A DNA stretch of 64,000 nt from Cyanidioschyzon merolae. Taxonomy: Eukaryota. Of this stretch, positions 57,555-64,000 are shown piece by piece. Position 1 is the first letter of the stretch. Every line of letters starts with the position of its first letter. Position numbers and translations under genes: made by a program. The notes below the pieces were generated by a model. The model made no database searches, was not told where the DNA came from, and was given only the letters and a program-made list of their open reading frames with translations. Location: assembly GCA_000091205.1 (NCBI GenBank), contig AP006500.2. One strand, written 5' to 3'.

Positions 57555-59240
57555 ATGGAGAGCGCCAACCAGCGACCAGCAGGGGACGTAGCAACAGATG
57601 CAACGGCAACCCGTACACCGCTGTCGTCGAACCTGTCTGCGGAAACCGCGTCTCCGGGTACGGCACCAGCAGCGCTGCACCCGGAGACTGCTGGACCAGA
57701 GTCCGCTGTTTCGGCTTCAGAAGCCCTGGACAACTGGCGCAGACGAGTATGCAAAGCACTACACAAACTTACGACAGCGGAGTCGATCTCCTCCATAACC
57801 TCTGGGCTTCAGGTGCATAGAGGAAAGCTTGCAGCCCTCGCAGACCTACTCGAGGAGCTCCACTTCATCGAGTGCTGGGTACACGAGCTCGCCCTTCGTC
57901 GCGAAGCCGCACGCCTCGCATCCGACTGTGCTTCACCGGAGCAGTCAGCAACCCGCGAAGAACCGCTCGTTATTCCCGATATTCCAGCGTGTTTTGCCGA
58001 CTCCCTCCTGAACTGGCAGGGCATATTCACGGAAACTTGCAAGCCATCACCGCTCGACATAGCCCTGTATACCTGGCGAACATGTTTCGGAGTTCTTCTG
58101 GCGGCTGCGATCCAGCATGCAGTCGCTATCGATGGCCACGCGCTGGTCCTCGATTACCTAACCTCCTTCCTGACCCGCACTGGCTACTTTCAACAGAGCG
58201 TCTGCAGCGCATGCCTGGCGAAACAGGCCACCACAACGCACCACCGGATACACGGCTGGCAACCGCTACTCGATATGGTACCAAACGCGCTCAATCTCTG
58301 GGAGACGACGCAGCTCGTTCAGCTTCTGCTTTGTATCATGCGAGGGTTCCTTTCCCTGTTAGCCATCGAGTGCGCCGTAGCGACACTGCAGCTTTGCGAG
58401 CAAATTCTCAAGCGACTGCAGTTGCTGGCCGGAGAAACCGGTATACGCGCACCCGACACCGCCGACACCGCCCCGCGTGCGGAGATTTTCCAGGTACCCG
58501 ACGAAACACCAGAGTCGATGATCCAGAGTCAAGAGCGTCCACGCGAAACGCTGCCCATTCCAGTGGCTCCCGAAATGCCGTCCAGTGCGTCCACGGGGGA
58601 AGCGCTGCCAGAGCGCACGTCGTTCGAAGCTGTCCCTGCAATGACCTCCGATATCGTCCAGGGGCAAAGTCGAATAGCGCAACCCGCTCTGGAAATGACC
58701 GTGCAAGCGTTGCGGGCATTGCTGTTGTTTCATCGCGGCCTTCTGGACGGTATGCGCGGTGCCCACGAGGACAGCATTGATGCCTTCGATGCGGCAGTGA
58801 TTCTGTGTGAATCGCTCGATCATGGCGACTGGGCGTTAACCCCAGAATCCGAAGCGATGCTGCCGTCGGCAGCGGTGCCCAGCGGCCTATTCCGTACTGC
58901 ACCTATTCGGGACTGGGTTCGAGTTGCCTACAACAACAGCGCCCTCTGCAGTGTGCAAGTGGAAGATCTTGCGGATGCTCTGGAGAAACTTGATCAGGCG
59001 AAGCGTTTCTCGGTTTCAGCAGCGACGGCATGGCTATCGGATCCGTGTTCGTTAGGACGCAACGAGGACGTGGAGCGCTCTGCGGAGATGCCGCTGCATT
59101 CCGAGGAGCACTGTGTGCATGCCCATTACGCCTGGGTTGCGGAGCGTGTGCCGTGGGAGCTGCAGCCTACCGACCATAGTGCGGCCCTAGAATGGTCCTC
59201 GGTTATCCAGCAATTCGAGGATACGAGTCTCAGACGCTGA
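57555..59240 (+). CDS. hypothetical helical-repeat (TPR-like) protein
   Basis: 561-aa ORF from the first ATG at 57555 (track start is GTG 57453). It has helical repeat character (LLFHRGLLDGMRGAHEDSIDAFDAAVILCESL). No confident family. Confidence 0.5.
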   Translation: MESANQRPAGDVATDATATRTPLSSNLSAETASPGTAPAALHPETAGPESAVSASEALDNWRRRVCKALHKLTTAESISSITSGLQVHRGKLAALADLLEELHFIECWVHELALRREAARLASDCASPEQSATREEPLVIPDIPACFADSLLNWQGIFTETCKPSPLDIALYTWRTCFGVLLAAAIQHAVAIDGHALVLDYLTSFLTRTGYFQQSVCSACLAKQATTTHHRIHGWQPLLDMVPNALNLWETTQLVQLLLCIMRGFLSLLAIECAVATLQLCEQILKRLQLLAGETGIRAPDTADTAPRAEIFQVPDETPESMIQSQERPRETLPIPVAPEMPSSASTGEALPERTSFEAVPAMTSDIVQGQSRIAQPALEMTVQALRALLLFHRGLLDGMRGAHEDSIDAFDAAVILCESLDHGDWALTPESEAMLPSAAVPSGLFRTAPIRDWVRVAYNNSALCSVQVEDLADALEKLDQAKRFSVSAATAWLSDPCSLGRNEDVERSAEMPLHSEEHCVHAHYAWVAERVPWELQPTDHSAALEWSSVIQQFEDTSLRR

Positions 59241-59495
59241 CCTCATTCCCCAGGCCGTGACTCCATCTCTGAGACGTTCACCTCACTCGACGGGCATCAG
59301 AAGCATCCTGGTGCGCAGGGCACTTCATGTTGATGATTCCTATCGCTGTGCTTTAGGGGTCTGGATGCGCGACCGCTTCGCGAACCTGCACCGCTCGGTA
59401 CCGTTTGAAATGATCACGACGTTCTGGTCAAGCAACGACGTGTGCAGCGGATCGCCAACGCTTTGGAAGAGCGAGCGAGCGAGCGAGCGAGCCAG

Positions 59496-59909
59496 CTACG
59501 TCCATATCGAAAGAGGGACTGGACTAGGTTCACGTGGCTGACTCTGGCGTGCACGCTCGAGTTTGGACCTATTGACATCGTTGTGAACATCAGCATGTTT
59601 GCGACGCTTTTGTAACCGTGTCGTTTTCCCCACTCTTATATCCGACTGTGAAAACATTGGTCTGTCTTTTGACGCCAGATGTGTTGCCGTCAGTCGAAGG
59701 ACGTTGATGGTCGCGTGCAAGTCCCGAATGCACCGCCATTGCCTCTTGTCGACGCTTTTTATGAACAGGCGCATGAGGAGATCTTCGCTTTGCTTGACGG
59801 TTTCATTCTGTTTGCAGACAGCCTCGGTGCACGCTTCGCAGCAGTGACACTTTGCTGCGGTCCGGTATTCGCAGGCGTCCACCTGACCTGGTCTCTCGCC
59901 GGCCGTCAT
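59496..59909 (-). CDS. hypothetical small Cys-rich protein
   Basis: The first ATG is at 59907-59909 (MTAGERPGQVDACEYRTAAKCHCCEACTEAVCKQ...). The track ORF starts at GTG 60149. No family recognised. Confidence 0.3.
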   Translation of the reverse strand: MTAGERPGQVDACEYRTAAKCHCCEACTEAVCKQNETVKQSEDLLMRLFIKSVDKRQWRCIRDLHATINVLRLTATHLASKDRPMFSQSDIRVGKTTRLQKRRKHADVHNDVNRSKLERARQSQPREPSPVPLSIWT

Positions 59910-60924
59910 AGTTGGTGCGTAAAAGCTTGCCTCGTCGCTCGTTACGTGCCTGTGACGGGTACAGAGGGTGCCCCTTCGACGCTGTCGTCCGTTTTCCGCG
60001 CCCGTGGTGTACGCTTCGATCACCGGCTTCTTCTGGGCGATGCTCTCCGCGCGAGTACTCCGTCTGCCGCACACACGCGCACGCGTTTCCGTTCGTGAAA
60101 GGATTTGTGGAACGGAACCCGTCCGTGATGAAAGAAGAACTGGAAGCACAATCCATTCTGGAGAGCAGTCCCAAAAGTTCGAACTGTCTTCGCCACCTTG
60201 AAGCGATTGCCGTTATGACTCAAGCCCGAATGACTGCCAGACACGCTCCCATGCACACCCAAGAGCTGGGCACGTCTCGGAGCATATCCCGTGATACGTT
60301 GCATGCTGGAGTCGAATGGCGTCTCGTCAAAGCGTAGATCCCGATGGAGACGAGTTTTACCACCAGAAGCGATTGTTTCGCAAGTTCATTGAACTTTCCG
60401 CACGAACCTGTGAACAAGTCGTCGAGGGACAATGGCTCGTGCTTTCCATCGTGCATTGCGCGGCGAGTACTGATGCAACCACAAGTTTATTTCGAAAAAG
60501 AACGATAAAAAACTTGGAGAATGCCTGAAACAAGCGTGCTACCCGAATGGAAAGGACAAGTCTTAAACCCATTCCGAATGTATTCGATATTCATAGATCG
60601 CATACCTTACGAAAGCTTCATTGAGAGCGTCGTAAATCATCCTGATTTCAATCGCATCACGATTTCCAGCTGCCGAGCATCTAAGCAGCCACTCCGGAAA
60701 CAACTCTCAAGGAATCCGTAGAATTTGATTTTCAAATGCCGATTTTCGGCACTTTACAATTAGGAAAATACTTCGAAAACAGATATCGCAAGCCAGGACC
60801 ATACCGAACACTTCACTACCCGGTTTCTTTCTCTGACACGGTTGTAGCCGCAATACTGAGGTTTCGAATATCGAGCGCATGCCTTACTAACGTCCTCGCA
60901 GTTGCCTCCGTGCATCGATACCCA

Positions 60925-63654
60925 CTAGATGGCGAAAGCAAACCAGCGACTGAGAACCGAACGACTGCGATGCAGATGCGCTGTAAACTCCTCGGGTTCG
61001 TGGTATTCGAATACAACGTGCAAAGGCAGGTTCGGGATCGTGTACAGTGTCAGCATTTCAAAGGAGTTTGTCGCTTGTCGTGTCTTCAGAGCAAGTTCCA
61101 GCTCTCGTTCAAGCGTCTCCCACATGGCAATTTTCTCGTGGATCGAGTCCACATAGAGGCACTCGGTTATGGCAATGTTCCACGCCAGGCGCAAGCTGGC
61201 ATACAAAAGCTCCACCGGGGCACGCGAGCCACACCAGATGAAGAGACGCGTATCGCCGAGCCATTCGTTCTCCTCGGGACGCACGGCAGCCAGTGCATGA
61301 CTCGGTGGATCGTGCACCATCGATTGGGTACCGACCGAGACCGAACGGCGATGTCGTACCCGATTGACTGGTTCAGCGGCGGGCTCTGGAGCTGAACCCG
61401 TGGGATACCGCTCCAGAATGGAGTCCGCCAGACGCCCTAAGAAGGTAGCGCTGAACGGTGTATGCAGCACGTAGCATCGATCGGAGGCGATGCGAATTCG
61501 TCGCTGCAGTTTGCCGGTGTAGAAGCTGTGGCATCCCGACGCTCGTCGTACGCTACGCTGCGTAGTGGCGGCGTCCTGCTGGGCGCCACTGCCAGCATCC
61601 AGAGCACCGACGCTGTGCGGTTCCCCGGAGCGCTCTGTTTCATGCCCCGGGGAAAGCGGTGATCGGAACGAGCGCAACAGCAACAGGTATCGCATTCCGC
61701 GGTGACCTGTGGGACTCGGCATGCCGCGGTATTTTTCGAGGCGAAACAGCCGTAGCTTGAGCAGTTCATCAACCTCCTCGGGACGCAGCAGCGTGCACTT
61801 ATCCGATGTATGTGGTTGCGTATCTGCAGGACACTCTGTTGATGAACCCAGAGTCCACATCGAAAGCAGGTTCGTTAGTCGGCTCGTGGAAAACTGGGAG
61901 ATGCAGCGAAATGGTGCTGCGTTTGCTACCGTACTCGAAGCGCGGCCAGATGAGGCTCTCTCTCCCGATGGCATTCGTTGTGCATAACCGCAGTTCGTCG
62001 CAATGGAGCGCTCTCTGACTTTGTGTTTCGCAGCTTCTCCGGTAGAGGCAGCGCCATCACTCGCTGTTGGCGACGCTGCAGACGTGGGCATCGAAGGCTC
62101 CAGTGCCCGATTCTGGTGATGCGTCGCCGCGAACGTGTTCTGGAAGAGAGCGTTGCGCGCGGTCATCGCAGCGTAGGCAAAGTCTCCGGTCTGGCCAAGG
62201 AGGGCGTTGCGCATTGCGGCGCGGTAGCGCCCAATAAGAATGCGAAGTTCGATCTCAGACAGTGCATCCAGAAAAGCCGCGTTCGGGCAGGCGGTTGGTC
62301 GAACCCGCAGCAGCTGGCGGACGGCCTCCTCCAAAGGCCAGATACTTTCCCTAATCAGCAGGTAAGCGAGAGCGAGTGCACTCGACCGTGAGATGCCTTG
62401 ATAGCAATGAATGAGAACTCGCCCGCCTGCTACTCGAGCAGCGTCTATGAAGTCGCAAACTGGATAAAAGAGTTGCATCATTTCTTCGGTTGCGAAGCGT
62501 TCATCCCGATCCTGGATGAAGAGCGGCAGATAACGGAATTCGTTTTCAAAGAAATTCGGCACTTCGAGTCCCGAGGCGTTCACAATATGCGTGATGCCGT
62601 GGTGCTGAAGCAGAGCCGCATTGGCAGCTGGTTTTCGCCCACTGACGCCTAGATAACTGCGAACGAACGAAATGCTCTCCGACAGGTGCTGCACAAGGCT
62701 CGATACGTCCTGCCCGGATACGGGCGTTACGGGTGGTAACGTTGCCTCCGTATAGCCTGCAGCTTTCCCTGAAGTTGTGGACGCGTCCGGTGTGAGCGAT
62801 TCCGGTCGCCCCGACGCTGCGGTCGCGTGCAGCCGAAGCGGCGACCGACTGCGAAGGCGGCTCACCCAGCCCAAGGATCCAGCACGCGACCGATGGCCGA
62901 CACCATTTTCAGTACCGTAAACAGACCGATTTCCAGTCTGGGATGACCGAGGCTGACCCGAGCTCGTTCCCGGAGGTGACAACGGTTGGGCTGCATCCGT
63001 GCGACGTTCAGTGCTGCAGTCAGCGTTCGCGCGCTGCGCTGCCGGGCAATCGGGACTCTCGGATCCCGTGCTGCACTTGGTTTTCCGAGTCTCGGCTTCT
63101 ACCTGCGAAGCCAAATCTTGCCACCAATCGTCTCGTTCGCCATTGGATCGAGAACGGCTTCGGAACCGCCTTCGTGTCATGTTGCCCTCAATACTCCAGC
63201 CCAGTTCAGAGAGAAAATGTTTGGATTGCTGTTGTTGTTGTTGTTGTTGCTGCTGCTGCTGATCTTCTGCGGCCGGTATTGCAAAGCGTGCGAGCCCATC
63301 TTCGTTTGCAGCACACGATCGGCTGCAGGTCGCGGCGAGTTCCGAACGATAAATCGGACATGTCGCCACCGTGCTGAGATCCAAACTAGGCAGGCTTGTG
63401 GGTGTTGAGGTTCGACTCCCCAGTGAGCGCGCGCTGTTCAAGTCCTCTGCGTGTGAAGCTCTTATCGGTGTCGTCGGAATTACGAGGGTATCTGGCTTTG
63501 CATATTCGGCGGAGAAGCGCACCTCACTCCCGTGGCCTAGCTGTGGGCCAGTCCCGCGTTGCGAGCAAGAATGACAGGGTCGTGCATGGGCGTCCGGCGT
63601 TTTCGGCAGCCCGAAATGTTTCGCGTGCTCGCCGCTCTCCAGCAAAGGACACAT
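60925..63654 (-). CDS. dual-specificity protein phosphatase with C-terminal gelsolin-homology-like region (plant MKP1-like architecture)
   Basis: Active site VLIHCYQGISRSSALALAYLL (HCxxGxxRS) after GITHIVNAS. C-terminal segments are LFRLEKYRG...CYVLHTP...RLFIWCGSRAP...VFEYHEPEEF. Poly-Q from the (CAA/CAG)n run at about 63226-63262. ATG at 63652-63654. Confidence 0.8.
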   Translation of the reverse strand: MCPLLESGEHAKHFGLPKTPDAHARPCHSCSQRGTGPQLGHGSEVRFSAEYAKPDTLVIPTTPIRASHAEDLNSARSLGSRTSTPTSLPSLDLSTVATCPIYRSELAATCSRSCAANEDGLARFAIPAAEDQQQQQQQQQQQQSKHFLSELGWSIEGNMTRRRFRSRSRSNGERDDWWQDLASQVEAETRKTKCSTGSESPDCPAAQRANADCSTERRTDAAQPLSPPGTSSGQPRSSQTGNRSVYGTENGVGHRSRAGSLGWVSRLRSRSPLRLHATAASGRPESLTPDASTTSGKAAGYTEATLPPVTPVSGQDVSSLVQHLSESISFVRSYLGVSGRKPAANAALLQHHGITHIVNASGLEVPNFFENEFRYLPLFIQDRDERFATEEMMQLFYPVCDFIDAARVAGGRVLIHCYQGISRSSALALAYLLIRESIWPLEEAVRQLLRVRPTACPNAAFLDALSEIELRILIGRYRAAMRNALLGQTGDFAYAAMTARNALFQNTFAATHHQNRALEPSMPTSAASPTASDGAASTGEAAKHKVRERSIATNCGYAQRMPSGERASSGRASSTVANAAPFRCISQFSTSRLTNLLSMWTLGSSTECPADTQPHTSDKCTLLRPEEVDELLKLRLFRLEKYRGMPSPTGHRGMRYLLLLRSFRSPLSPGHETERSGEPHSVGALDAGSGAQQDAATTQRSVRRASGCHSFYTGKLQRRIRIASDRCYVLHTPFSATFLGRLADSILERYPTGSAPEPAAEPVNRVRHRRSVSVGTQSMVHDPPSHALAAVRPEENEWLGDTRLFIWCGSRAPVELLYASLRLAWNIAITECLYVDSIHEKIAMWETLERELELALKTRQATNSFEMLTLYTIPNLPLHVVFEYHEPEEFTAHLHRSRSVLSRWFAFAI

Positions 63655-64000
63655 TGTGCTGGACTAGGCGTCTGTGAGCGACCACGCAGAACTCTATCAC
63701 CAGCGCAAGATCCGCGCCAAGTATCTGGCCCAGCGCTGTAGCAATTATATCCGCAAGAAACACCCTCAAAAGCTCGTTCAACCAGGCTCGGCTGGGTGCC
63801 ACCTCAAGAGCGCCCTGTGAGCGTGTACTGCCGTCGGTTCGCACGGCACCAATTGCCCCTCTACCGCGGGATCCCGTGTCTCAGAATAGGGTCCGAAGTA
63901 CCTGCGTTGAAAAGTCTGAGGTTACTTTCACCTCAGCGCTTCGCTAACTCGGTGAGCGCTCAGAAGAGGCGCTGCGGCGTTACCGCTACGAACGTGGTCC

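Overview
GC-rich (roughly 55-60% by eye), gene-dense and apparently intron-poor eukaryotic nuclear DNA. About 18 long uninterrupted protein-coding ORFs lie on alternating strands. They include an AP-3 beta-like adaptin, a PHD-finger protein, a lumenal-type FKBP, a cis-prenyltransferase, a Gfo/Idh/MocA oxidoreductase and a GpsA-type G3P dehydrogenase. Further genes are the TFIIA small subunit, a DDX5/Dbp2 DEAD-box helicase, a condensin HEAT subunit, a BTB protein, a PAP2 phosphatase, a ChAPs-like TPR protein and an MKP1-like dual-specificity phosphatase. The twin-arginine signal on the FKBP, transit-peptide-like N-extensions on several bacterial-type enzymes and the plant-type MKP1 architecture suggest an alga or other photosynthetic protist; I cannot name the species. 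I found no rRNA, tRNA or CRISPR array. The main finding is three decayed paralogues of a TnpB-like (Fanzor-type) RuvC nuclease, the eukaryotic relative of the IS200/IS605 RNA-guided endonuclease. Copy 1 is nearly full length at about 26.0-28.3 kb. Copies 2 and 3 are 5'-truncated and fused head-to-head at about 34.4-36.3 kb. All three have collinear conserved 3' tails, which is where a guide (omega) RNA would be expected. The second finding is a 3.9-kb, about 99.5% identical inverted repeat (1911-3501 / 4442-5814). It carries a 109-bp tandem repeat of unequal copy number and flanks one small ChuX/HutX-like gene. A third, diverged copy of the arm lies at about 9.35-10.5 kb. Other observations are a 4 x 71-bp TATA-containing tandem repeat directly upstream of a gene, a class-3 lipase pseudogene and low-GC gene-free islands. 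All coordinates and identities come from reading the sequence by eye; no searches were run, and repeat boundaries are good to a few bp.
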